Assembly (NCBI GenBank): GCA_963977015.1
Contig: CAXBMO010000023.1
Coordinates: forward strand, 1 to 64,000
DNA: 64,000 nt
From: an uncultured bacterium
GTDB lineage: Bacteria > Verrucomicrobiota > Verrucomicrobiia > Verrucomicrobiales > DEV007
Direction of reading: 5' to 3'
The notes beneath the pieces were generated by a model. It was not told the origin of the DNA, did not search any database, and saw only the letters and a program-made list of their open reading frames with translations. The translations under genes and the position numbers were made by a program. This document shows positions 18,385 through 27,247 of this stretch, in pieces. How positions within the stretch are numbered: the stretch's first letter is position 1; every line of letters starts with the position of its first letter.

Positions 18385-19245
18385 CTATTCCAACGTTCCC
18401 ATTGCACCGTCCTGGAATTGCCGAAACGCGTCGAGGATTTCCTGCTGAGTGTTCATCACAAACGGTCCCTGACCGACGATCGGTTCGTCAATCGGCTCTC
18501 CGCCGAGATAGAGCAAGCGGGTGTCGCTTTCGGCGGTGACCTCGATGCCTTCGCCTTCGCGCTCGAAAAGGACGAGACCTCCGACTCCGGTGGCCTGGTC
18601 CGCCACCCGGACGCTGCCTTCCATCACGACGAGCGCTGTGGTGTGACCGTCGAGGGCGGGCAGATTCACGGATGTTCCGGCCTGAAGCGTTACGTCCCAG
18701 AGGTTGATCGGCGTGAAGGTCATTGCCGCTCCTTTGGTCCCTTTGAAGTCGCCCGCGACCACGCGCACACTGCCGCTGCCATCAGGCAACTCAACCACAG
18801 GGATGTTCGCTTTGGCGATGGCCTGATAGCGTGGCTCGGCGCCTTTGTCCTTTGCGGGAAGGTTGACCCAGAGTTGCGCCATTTGAAAGACGCCCCCTGA
18901 TTTGGTGAAGGCCTCGGAATGGAATTCCTTGTGCAGGAGCCCATTCGCCGCAGTCATCCACTGCACGTCACCGGGCCCGATGATCCCGCCGCCGCCGTGC
19001 GAATCGCCGTGAGCCACTTCGCCCTGGAGGGCGAGCGTCACCGTCTCGAAGCCTTTGTGCGGGTGGACTCCGACACCGCGCGGAGTGTTGCCGGGCGCAA
19101 ACTCCCAGGGTGCCGCGTAATCGAGCAGCAGAAACGGGTCCAGCTCTTTGCCGAGGGAATCGTAGGAAAAAATCGAGCGGACCGGAAAGCCGTCGCCGAC
19201 CCAGTGCATTCCGGGAGACTGTTTGGTGAGTTTTAGCTTTTTCAT
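18385..19245 (-). CDS. Pirin family protein
   Basis: VGDGFPVR, DPFLLLD, HPHKGFETVT, GDVQWMTAA...H-x-E, QLWVNLP and GPFVMN motifs. Confidence 0.95.
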   Translation of the reverse strand: MKKLKLTKQSPGMHWVGDGFPVRSIFSYDSLGKELDPFLLLDYAAPWEFAPGNTPRGVGVHPHKGFETVTLALQGEVAHGDSHGGGGIIGPGDVQWMTAANGLLHKEFHSEAFTKSGGVFQMAQLWVNLPAKDKGAEPRYQAIAKANIPVVELPDGSGSVRVVAGDFKGTKGAAMTFTPINLWDVTLQAGTSVNLPALDGHTTALVVMEGSVRVADQATGVGGLVLFEREGEGIEVTAESDTRLLYLGGEPIDEPIVGQGPFVMNTQQEILDAFRQFQDGAMGTLE

Positions 19246-19450
19246 GGGGTGGGTTGGTTAATCAATTGGTCGTTCTCCGGCAAAAATGCTTTCGCTTCGG
19301 CACTCCAACAATGGCATGATGGTTTTCCTCTGTGGGATTCTTTTCCGCATGTTAACGGGCGCGCCGATCACGAACGCCGCTCCGAGAGGAAAACAAGCGA
19401 ATGGAAAACTGCGAGTGGCACTCGCCAAAACCTGTGAAACGTTGAGGAAC

Positions 19451-20947
19451 ATGTTCAGTCCATTCCTTCTCCTGTCGATTCTTGCCAGTGTCGCTCTCCT
19501 CGGCTCAGCAAAGGCGGCCCCCCTCGCCGGAAGCAAACCCAACATCATTCTCGTCATTACCGATGATCAGGGCATGGGCGATCTGTCCTGCATGGGGAAT
19601 AAGGTCGTCCGAACGCCGAATATTGATCGGTTTTACGGCGAATCGATGCGTTTCACCGATTTCCAGGTCAGCCCCACTTGTGCGCCGACCCGCGCGGCTC
19701 TGATGAGTGGCCGCCCGCCGTTCAAAGTGGGAGTGACGCACACCATCATGCAACGCGAACGGATGGCGCCGGACGTTTTCACGCTGCCACAAGCCTTGCA
19801 GAGCGCCGGGTATGTCACGGGGCTTTTCGGGAAGTGGCATTTGGGCGACGAAGAGGCCTACCTCCCGCAGAATCGAGGGTTCGACGAAGTTCTCATGCAC
19901 GGGGCGGGGGGCATCGGTCAGGTGAATCTTGGCGATTTTCCGCCGAACAAGGAAAACGTCTATTATGATAACGTCTTGCTCCACAACGACACGATTGTGC
20001 AGACGAAAGGCTACTGCACGGATCTGTTCTTTCATTCGGCCCTCGCCTGGATTTGGAAGCAAGAGGAAACCGGGAATCCCTACTTTGCCTATGTGGCGCT
20101 GAACGCACCGCACGCTCCCCTGGTTGCTCCGGAGGCTTACACGAATCGATTCATCGAGCTCGGTTATGACCCGGGGACTGCGGGACGCTACGGGATGGTC
20201 GAGAACATCGACGACAACTTTGGGCTCTTGATGGAGAAGCTTGAGGCGTGGAATGCGCTGGACAACACCCTGGTCATCTTCATGACGGACAACGGTGCAA
20301 CCCATCTCAACGGGAAGCTCAACGGAGAAAGAGTGAAACATTTTAACGCGAACCTCAGAGGCAGCAAGAATTCGCCCTTCGAAGGAGGCACCCGCGTTCC
20401 GGCCTTCTGGCAGTGGCGCGGCAGGTTGGACACAGGAGTGGACATCGATGGGTTGACGGCTCATCTCGATCTCTACCCGACGTTCTGTGAACTGGCGGGT
20501 GTATCGCTTCCGGATACGATGCAGGAGCTGGACGGACGTTCGCTTCTGCCGCTTTTGAAAGACCCCAACGCGGATTGGCCCGATCGAAAACTGTTCTTCC
20601 ACTGCGGGCGCTGGAACCCGGGCAAACGCGACGCCGCTGTCGATGAAAAATGCGCCGTTCGTACTACGGAATGGCGGTTGGTGAACAATGAGCAGCTTTA
20701 CCATATCGCGACGGATCCATCCGAGACCATCGACGTGGCCGCCAATCACCCGGAAGTCGTATCAAACTTGCGCAAGGCCTACCTGGAATGGTGGGATTCC
20801 ACGCTTCCGTTCCTGGTCAACGAAGGGCTTCCCCGGGTTGGCCCTGAAGAGCAGCCCTTTGCGCTGCGTTACGAAAAGCAATTGGCGGAGAAGGGGATTC
20901 CTGAATGGGCACCGGAAGGTCTCGACCAGATTGAGGCTGCCCAATGA
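19451..20947 (+). CDS. Arylsulfatase (S1 family, Cys-type), secreted
   Basis: PNIILVITDDQG, CAPTRAALMSG, GKWHLG, TDNG and EGGTRVP motifs. Start set at ATG 19451 (GAGGA upstream, signal peptide follows). Confidence 0.93.
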   Translation: MFSPFLLLSILASVALLGSAKAAPLAGSKPNIILVITDDQGMGDLSCMGNKVVRTPNIDRFYGESMRFTDFQVSPTCAPTRAALMSGRPPFKVGVTHTIMQRERMAPDVFTLPQALQSAGYVTGLFGKWHLGDEEAYLPQNRGFDEVLMHGAGGIGQVNLGDFPPNKENVYYDNVLLHNDTIVQTKGYCTDLFFHSALAWIWKQEETGNPYFAYVALNAPHAPLVAPEAYTNRFIELGYDPGTAGRYGMVENIDDNFGLLMEKLEAWNALDNTLVIFMTDNGATHLNGKLNGERVKHFNANLRGSKNSPFEGGTRVPAFWQWRGRLDTGVDIDGLTAHLDLYPTFCELAGVSLPDTMQELDGRSLLPLLKDPNADWPDRKLFFHCGRWNPGKRDAAVDEKCAVRTTEWRLVNNEQLYHIATDPSETIDVAANHPEVVSNLRKAYLEWWDSTLPFLVNEGLPRVGPEEQPFALRYEKQLAEKGIPEWAPEGLDQIEAAQ

Positions 20948-23142
20948 GAACGTTCCCGATTTTTCTGCTCTCTGTTCTGATGACGGTGGCGGGACCCGCA
21001 TCGTCGTTCGGGGCTGACTTCTATGTTTCCCCAAGCGGGGCGGACACGTGGACGGGCGTTCTGGATACGCCAAACGATGCGGAGACTGATGGTCCGTTCG
21101 CAACGCTTGAACGGGCTCGTGATGCGGTCCGCGCGTTGAAAACTCAAGGGGTTGAGAAAAATGTTGTCGTGCAAATTCGAGGCGGAGAATACCGTCTGAG
21201 TGAAACGATCGTCTTCGGATCGGAGGATTCGGGGACAGCCGAGTTCACGATCACCTACGAGGCTTATCCCGGTGAGAAACCGGTGTTCAATTCCGATTTC
21301 GATCTCGAAGGCTGGAGGAAACCGGACGTTCCGGTTCCCGATCTGCCAGAGGACGCCCGCGGAAGAGTCTGGGTGGCGGATGTGCCAGGACGGAAGTTTC
21401 TCACGCTTTATGACGAAGCTGGTCGTCTTCCCCGGGCGCGATCGGAAGGGTTCATTCCGATCATGGCGGAATCCAAGGATGAGGATTCCAAATCATCGCG
21501 GGTCGCGCTTCACTTTCCGGCTGGCCGGTTGAGGAATTGGCCAAACCTTGGGGACGTCGATCTCATCGTGCGTCCCAATCACGCGTGGATCGTCAACATC
21601 CTGGCCCTGAAATCGGTCAACGTGAAGACGCAAATCGCGACGACCGATATCCCGGCGACCTATGCGATGAACGAACTCCATTATTTGAAGGGAACGGAGT
21701 CTGTTTGGATCGAAAACGCGATCGAGGCTCTCGATTCCCCTGGCGAGTGGGTTTTGGATACCAAGAATGGAAAGCTATATCTGTGGCCGAGAGCTGACGA
21801 AGTGCCTCAGAAAATCACGGCCCCTCATCTGAAGGAATATATTCGGGTGGAAGGCGAGATCGATAGGGAAGGCCCAACGGATATTCCCGTGCGAAATCTG
21901 ATCTTTCGGGGGCTGACGTTCACGCATGGAGAAACCTACCGCGTCGAAAAGGAAGACAAGGGGCTGCAACACGATTGGGAAATGCACGACAAGGCAAATG
22001 CCTTGCTTCGCCTGCGAGGCGCTGAGAATTGCGCCGTAGAGGGATGCCACTTTCTTCAAAGTGGCGGGACCGCGATCCGGGTCGACTTGCTGGGACGCAA
22101 CAACCGGATTCAGGACAATCACATCGAACACATGGGGGCAACCGGCGTGTTGCTCTGTGGTTATGGGCCGGGTACCAAAGACGTCAATCATCACAACGAC
22201 GTTTCCAACAACCATATCCATCACGTTGGCGAAATCTATTCGCACGCTCCCGGAATCTTCCTCTGGCAGAGTGGCGAAAATCGCGTGGCTCATAACCTGG
22301 TCCACCACACGCCCTACTCGGGCATCATTGTCTCCGGCGTCATGACGGAATTCTTTTCCAAGCGAAGCAACGCCCGTGAATTGTCGCGGACCATTCGCTG
22401 GGGAGAAGTGGGGCTGGCGCGAGGCGAAATCACTTGGGAAGAAGTCAGGCCTTTCCTACACACCCATGACAATCTGATCGAGTACAATGAGATCCATCAT
22501 GCCATGCAACAGCTCGGCGATGGCAATGGGATCTATATTCGCGGCGCTGGAGCAGGAAATGTTATTCGTCGCAACTATATTCATGATCTTGTATCGCCGG
22601 TTGCTCTCCAATCCGCGATTCGGACCGATGGCGGGCAGCGCGACACTCTGATCGCTGAAAACCTGATCCATCGATGCACCTCCCAGGGAATTCAGCTGAA
22701 GCTGAACAATCACGCGGTCAACAATATCATCGCGGATCTGATCGCGCCGATTCATAATGGCGAAACGCGCCCGCCCAGCTACCTGAAGCTGCGCGAGGGG
22801 CCGATGACGGGAGGGGTGATTCAACGGAACATCCTTTACCATCCTGGCACCGAAGCCGTCTTTTACGATCAGGGGCGAAACCGTCGGCTCGTGGCGGCTT
22901 GGGCGAAGGAAGCGGATACCGATCACAACCTCTATTTCTGCGTCGGTGATCCTCAACTGAGCCGGACCGTGCTTAAGCAGGGAAGGCGACAGGGCATTGA
23001 CGCCCACAGCCTCGCCGCAGATCCGCAATTCGTGGACCCGGCAAACGGCGATTTTCGGCTGAGGCCAACTTCACCGGTTCTGAAACTTGGGTTTGTTCCG
23101 ATTGACCTGTCAAAAGTCGGGTTGCAAGGAAAGGAGAAATAA
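20944..23142 (+). CDS. Secreted right-handed beta-helix protein, GH141-like
   Basis: Signal peptide; ADFYVSPSGAD...DGPFATLERARDAVR, IRGGEY, YEAYPGEKP, LDSPGEW, PYSGI and DGNGIY motifs; Asn ladders; ATGA overlap with the sulfatase. Confidence 0.8.
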   Translation: MRTFPIFLLSVLMTVAGPASSFGADFYVSPSGADTWTGVLDTPNDAETDGPFATLERARDAVRALKTQGVEKNVVVQIRGGEYRLSETIVFGSEDSGTAEFTITYEAYPGEKPVFNSDFDLEGWRKPDVPVPDLPEDARGRVWVADVPGRKFLTLYDEAGRLPRARSEGFIPIMAESKDEDSKSSRVALHFPAGRLRNWPNLGDVDLIVRPNHAWIVNILALKSVNVKTQIATTDIPATYAMNELHYLKGTESVWIENAIEALDSPGEWVLDTKNGKLYLWPRADEVPQKITAPHLKEYIRVEGEIDREGPTDIPVRNLIFRGLTFTHGETYRVEKEDKGLQHDWEMHDKANALLRLRGAENCAVEGCHFLQSGGTAIRVDLLGRNNRIQDNHIEHMGATGVLLCGYGPGTKDVNHHNDVSNNHIHHVGEIYSHAPGIFLWQSGENRVAHNLVHHTPYSGIIVSGVMTEFFSKRSNARELSRTIRWGEVGLARGEITWEEVRPFLHTHDNLIEYNEIHHAMQQLGDGNGIYIRGAGAGNVIRRNYIHDLVSPVALQSAIRTDGGQRDTLIAENLIHRCTSQGIQLKLNNHAVNNIIADLIAPIHNGETRPPSYLKLREGPMTGGVIQRNILYHPGTEAVFYDQGRNRRLVAAWAKEADTDHNLYFCVGDPQLSRTVLKQGRRQGIDAHSLAADPQFVDPANGDFRLRPTSPVLKLGFVPIDLSKVGLQGKEK

Positions 23143-23145
23143 TCC

Positions 23146-24333
23146 ATGAGCGAATCCCAAGAAAAGGCCTCCATCGAATTCATCGACTCGCGTTTCCCTT
23201 CGATCGAGCATCTCCGTGAACGCGCCCGCCAGCGGATGCCGCGTTTTGCCTATGAGTATCTCGAAGGCGGCTGCAATTCGGAGATCAACCTGCGGCGCAA
23301 TACCGACGAGATCCGCGACATTCAGCTGCGGCCGTGGTATCTGCGCGATTATGCGGGTTCGAATCTGAAAACCGAACTGTTTGGCAAGACCTACGATGCC
23401 CCGTTTGGCGTCTCGCCGATCGGACTTCAGGGATTGATGTGGCCACGCGCCACCGAGATTCTCGCCAAAGCGGCCCATGCTCATAACATTCCCTTCATCC
23501 TCAGCACGGTTGGCACGGCCAGCATCGAAACGGTCGCCGAAATCACCGAGGGGAACGCGTGGTTTCAGCTTTATCATCCGGCGGAAGACGAATTGCGCGA
23601 CAAACTCCTCGATCGAGCTGCGGCCGCGGGAATGCCGGTTCTCGTGATCCTTGCCGACACGCCAACGTTTGCGTTTCGGCCCAAAGAGATCAAAAACGGC
23701 CTGTCCATTCCACCTCAGATGTCGCTCAACAACGTCATTCAGATGACGACGCATCCGACCTGGTCATTCGGGCAACTCTTTGCGGGCGCGCCGGAGTTCA
23801 AAACGATGAAGCCCTACATTCCCAAAGGGCTCAGCATGAAACATCTCGGGCTGTTCATGAACAAGACCTTTTCCGGCCGGCTGAATCCTGAGAAGATCAA
23901 AGCAATCCGTGATCGCTGGCAGGGAAAACTCGTCGTCAAGGGCGTCGTGAACGAGGAGGATGCCGCCACCGCGCTCGATCTGGGTGTGGATGGAATGATC
24001 GTGTCGAATCACGGCGGCCGCCAACTCGATGCGGGTCAATCGACGATCAAGCCGCTGACCGAGTTGGCGGAGAAATTCGGCGACCGCACCACGATGATGA
24101 TCGACAGCGGCTTGCGTGCAGGTCCGGATGTTGCGTGCGCGTTGGCCAGTGGTGCGAAGTTCACCTTCATGGGACGCTCCTTCATGTATGGCGTCGGCGC
24201 GTTAGGACGAACTGGCGGGAATCACACCATCACGATGTTGAAACGGCAGTTGCAGCAAGTCATGGAGCAGGTTGGTTGCGAGCGGGTGACGGATTTTCCG
24301 AAGCATTTGGTTCGCAACTCACCCCCAACCTGA
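23146..24333 (+). CDS. FMN-dependent alpha-hydroxy-acid dehydrogenase (L-lactate dehydrogenase-like)
   Basis: YLEGG, WFQLY, VVKGV, VSNHGGRQLD and DSGLRAGPDV motifs. Confidence 0.93.
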   Translation: MSESQEKASIEFIDSRFPSIEHLRERARQRMPRFAYEYLEGGCNSEINLRRNTDEIRDIQLRPWYLRDYAGSNLKTELFGKTYDAPFGVSPIGLQGLMWPRATEILAKAAHAHNIPFILSTVGTASIETVAEITEGNAWFQLYHPAEDELRDKLLDRAAAAGMPVLVILADTPTFAFRPKEIKNGLSIPPQMSLNNVIQMTTHPTWSFGQLFAGAPEFKTMKPYIPKGLSMKHLGLFMNKTFSGRLNPEKIKAIRDRWQGKLVVKGVVNEEDAATALDLGVDGMIVSNHGGRQLDAGQSTIKPLTELAEKFGDRTTMMIDSGLRAGPDVACALASGAKFTFMGRSFMYGVGALGRTGGNHTITMLKRQLQQVMEQVGCERVTDFPKHLVRNSPPT

Positions 24334-25335
24334 AACGGTCAACTTCCCAATTGACGTTCCGGATTCGAGCCGCCGGTGTCCTTCGAGGATGTTTTCGGCA
24401 GTGATCGGGCTGAGATTGTCGTTCGCGGTGGCGAGGAGTTTTCCGTCGTCGATCAGCTCCGCGACGCGGTTGAGGATGTGATGCTGCTCCATGATGTCGT
24501 CGGTGTTGAACATCGACCGGGTAAACATGAACTCCCAACAGATCGACACGCTCTTTTTCTTGAACGCTCCGCTCAGCGAAAGGTGACTGCGGTGATCTGT
24601 GATCAGCACGAGGCCGCCCTGCGGCGCGATTATCTCTCCCATTGCTTCCCAGACCCGGTCGATTTCGTTGAAGTTGGCGATATAGTCCGCGTTCTCGAAA
24701 CCGAGATCGCGGAGCTGGGCGGGCATGTCGCCGTGGTGGTTGATGATGTGATCGGCGCCCAGCTTTCGGCACCAGGCGGCGCTCTCTTCGCGTGAGGCGG
24801 TTGCGATGACGGTGAGCCCCGCAAGCTTTGCCAGCTGAATGGCGATCGACCCGACACCGCCGGCGCCGCCGATGATGAGAAGCGTTTTCCCAGTATTCGA
24901 AGCAGCTGAATCGAAGTCGATGTCCAGGCGGTGAAAGAGCGACTCCCATGCAGTTAACGCCGTCAGGGGTAACGCGGCGCTGGTGGTGGCGTCGAGCGAG
25001 GTTGGGCGTTTTCCGACGATGCGTTCGTCGACGAGTTGGTATTCCGCGTTCGAGCCGGGGCGCGTCACGTCGCCGGCGTAGTAGACGAGTTCGCCTTTTT
25101 TGAAGAGCGAAGCGCTGTCTCCGACGGCTGCAACGATACCGGCCGCATCGAAGCCAAGCGTTTTTGGCGCTTCGCCATCTTTGGGCCGGACTTTGTAGTC
25201 GACCGGGTTGAGCCCGACGGCTTCGACCTGAACGAGGAGGTCATGCCCCTCGGGCGAAGGCGTCGGGAGTTCGACTTCGCGGGCGGAACCCGGTTCGCTG
25301 CTGTCTTGGTGGAACTGGATGGCTTTCATTGGCAT
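24319..25335 (-). CDS. Zinc-binding alcohol dehydrogenase-family/quinone oxidoreductase-like protein (adh_fam_1 type)
   Basis: NPVDYKVR, LGFDAAG, YAGDVTRPGSNAEYQLVDERIVG, GGAGGVGS and WEFMFTRS motifs. Confidence 0.92.
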   Translation of the reverse strand: MPMKAIQFHQDSSEPGSAREVELPTPSPEGHDLLVQVEAVGLNPVDYKVRPKDGEAPKTLGFDAAGIVAAVGDSASLFKKGELVYYAGDVTRPGSNAEYQLVDERIVGKRPTSLDATTSAALPLTALTAWESLFHRLDIDFDSAASNTGKTLLIIGGAGGVGSIAIQLAKLAGLTVIATASREESAAWCRKLGADHIINHHGDMPAQLRDLGFENADYIANFNEIDRVWEAMGEIIAPQGGLVLITDHRSHLSLSGAFKKKSVSICWEFMFTRSMFNTDDIMEQHHILNRVAELIDDGKLLATANDNLSPITAENILEGHRRLESGTSIGKLTVSGWG

Positions 25336-25556
25336 TGCATTTATGATGTTGGCGATTTCGATCAGGGCAAGGGTAGGGGAGAACTCGAGATGGGAAAAAT
25401 TGATTGTGGAAATGGAATCGATGAGAAGTGCAAATCAAACGATCCGGGCTCGATCCAATGTTGCCGCTGTTTTTCGTCGCTGCAAAGGGGGTGGCCGACT
25501 CCATTGATTGGTCGGCGGCGGCCGGAACTCCTGGAAATCCAAACCAGCAGAAAAAA

Positions 25557-25584
25557 ATGTAAGTTACATCTATTGTAGGATACA
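25557..25584. promoter_or_regulatory. Tandem TGTA-N3-TACA operators, probable MarR autoregulatory site
   Basis: ATGTAAGTTACAT (25557-25569) and TGTAGGATACA (25574-25584), ending 8 nt before the MarR start. Confidence 0.65.
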
Positions 25585-25592
25585 GACTCAAA

Positions 25593-26033
25593 ATGCCTTG
25601 CGACTTCGACACCTCTCCCGGCTTTCTGATCGACCGGAACGCGCATCTGCTTCGCCTGTTCATCAAGCAGACCCTGGCGGATCTCGATCTCGATCTCACC
25701 GCCGAGGAGGTTGCCATTCTGATCGCCCTTGAGACCAGGGAGGTGCGACGGATCGGCGATCTCGCCTCGCTATTGCTGCGCGATGCGACCACCGTGACGC
25801 GCCAGATTGAAGGGTTGGAGCGTAAGGGATGTGCCGAACGTCGCCCGAGCGAAACGGACCGGCGGGTCGTCGAGGTTTTTGTCACGAAAAAGGGGCATGC
25901 CTGTTTTGAGAAACTCGATCCTGTGCTCGACGCGAAACGCGAGATCATTCTCGCCGGTATTTCAGAACCCGACTTGAAAACCCTGACGCGTTGCTTGCAG
26001 ACCATCCGCGAGAATGTCCTCGCCCTTTCCTGA
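25593..26033 (+). CDS. MarR family transcriptional regulator
   Basis: DLASLLLRDATTVTRQIEGLERKG...DRRVVEVFVTKKG winged HTH. Confidence 0.93.
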   Translation: MPCDFDTSPGFLIDRNAHLLRLFIKQTLADLDLDLTAEEVAILIALETREVRRIGDLASLLLRDATTVTRQIEGLERKGCAERRPSETDRRVVEVFVTKKGHACFEKLDPVLDAKREIILAGISEPDLKTLTRCLQTIRENVLALS

Positions 26034-26051
26034 TCCCCACTTTTTTTCAAC

Positions 26052-27221
26052 ATGATCGTCATTCGCCACCTCTTTCCATTCGTCTGTCTCGTGATCGGGA
26101 CCATGCTGATCCTTTCCTGCAAACCAGCGCCTTCGGGGCCGCCTCCGGGCATGGGCGGCATGCCCACGGTGACGGTAACGAACGTGGAGGCGCGGATGAT
26201 CCCGGACGACGTCAGCTTTGTCGGTCGAGTCGCGGCAAAAGACCGGGTTGACCTTCGCGCCCAGGTAAGCGGCATCCTCACGAAACAACATTTCGAGGAC
26301 GGAGCCCACGTGAAAAAGGGTGACCTTCTTTTTGAGATCGAGCCGGATGATTACGCGGCGGCGTTGGCTTCGGCCGAAGCCCAGGTGGCCAGCGCCGAGG
26401 CGGAAAAAGACAACGCGAATCAATATTTGAAGCGGCTGAAATCGGTAAAAAGCGGCGGTGTTTCGGCGACGGAACTGGAGAATGCGGAGATCGCGGCCCG
26501 GAAAGCGCAAGCAGCGCGCGATCAGGTGGAGTCGGCCCGGCGCATCGCGGAACTGGACTTGAAGCGCACCAAGATTCACGCGCCGATCGACGGTCAAATC
26601 GGCAAAGCCATGGTCGACGCGGGAAACCTGGTCGACGCCGCGACGGGCACCTTGGCGACGATCGTTCTGACCGATCCCATCCGGGTGCAGCACGCCCTCA
26701 GCGAGCGCTTTCTCACCGAGGCCATGCAGAATCAGCAAGACCGCGACCCGAGCCTGCCGCCGATCCGCGATACCCTGGTTCCGCGCATCACGCTTTCCAC
26801 CGGCGACCGCTATCCGCATGAAGGAAAGATCGTTTTTCTCGACAACGAGGTCGGGGCGAACACGGGTTCGATTCAAGCCGAGGCCGAGTTCCCGAACCCG
26901 GACGATCTGTTGACGCCGGGGCAGTTTGTCGATTTGACGGTGCAACGCGGCGCTGCGGTCGAGCGTCTCCTGGTGCCGCAGTCGGCGGTGCAGCAGAATC
27001 AGCAGGGCCACTTTGTTCTGGTGGCCGATGCGGAGGGCAACGTGGTTCAACGCATGGTCACGGTCGGAGACCGGTTCGGGCCGGAATGGTCGATCGAACA
27101 GGGCGTGTCAGCCGCGGAAAGAGTGATCACCCAGGGAATCGAGAAAGTTCGCCCCGGGGCGAAGGTCAATGCGGTGGAAACGACGACGCTCACGAAGGCT
27201 GAATCTCAACCGGCGGGTTGA
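26052..27221 (+). CDS. RND efflux periplasmic adaptor (MFP), lipoprotein
   Basis: Lipobox [30 protein letters not shown] and [14 protein letters not shown] motifs. Confidence 0.93.
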   Translation: MIVIRHLFPFVCLVIGTMLILSCKPAPSGPPPGMGGMPTVTVTNVEARMIPDDVSFVGRVAAKDRVDLRAQVSGILTKQHFEDGAHVKKGDLLFEIEPDDYAAALASAEAQVASAEAEKDNANQYLKRLKSVKSGGVSATELENAEIAARKAQAARDQVESARRIAELDLKRTKIHAPIDGQIGKAMVDAGNLVDAATGTLATIVLTDPIRVQHALSERFLTEAMQNQQDRDPSLPPIRDTLVPRITLSTGDRYPHEGKIVFLDNEVGANTGSIQAEAEFPNPDDLLTPGQFVDLTVQRGAAVERLLVPQSAVQQNQQGHFVLVADAEGNVVQRMVTVGDRFGPEWSIEQGVSAAERVITQGIEKVRPGAKVNAVETTTLTKAESQPAG

Positions 27222-27247
27222 TCGTTCACTGCCAATCACTCACCACC

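Noticed and set aside
14731-27050. Other long overlapping ORFs (e.g. 14731-15588, 17187-18050, 19505-20749, 25241-26281, 25962-27050)
   Set aside because: They are antisense or alternate-frame shadows of motif-rich genes, with atypical composition.
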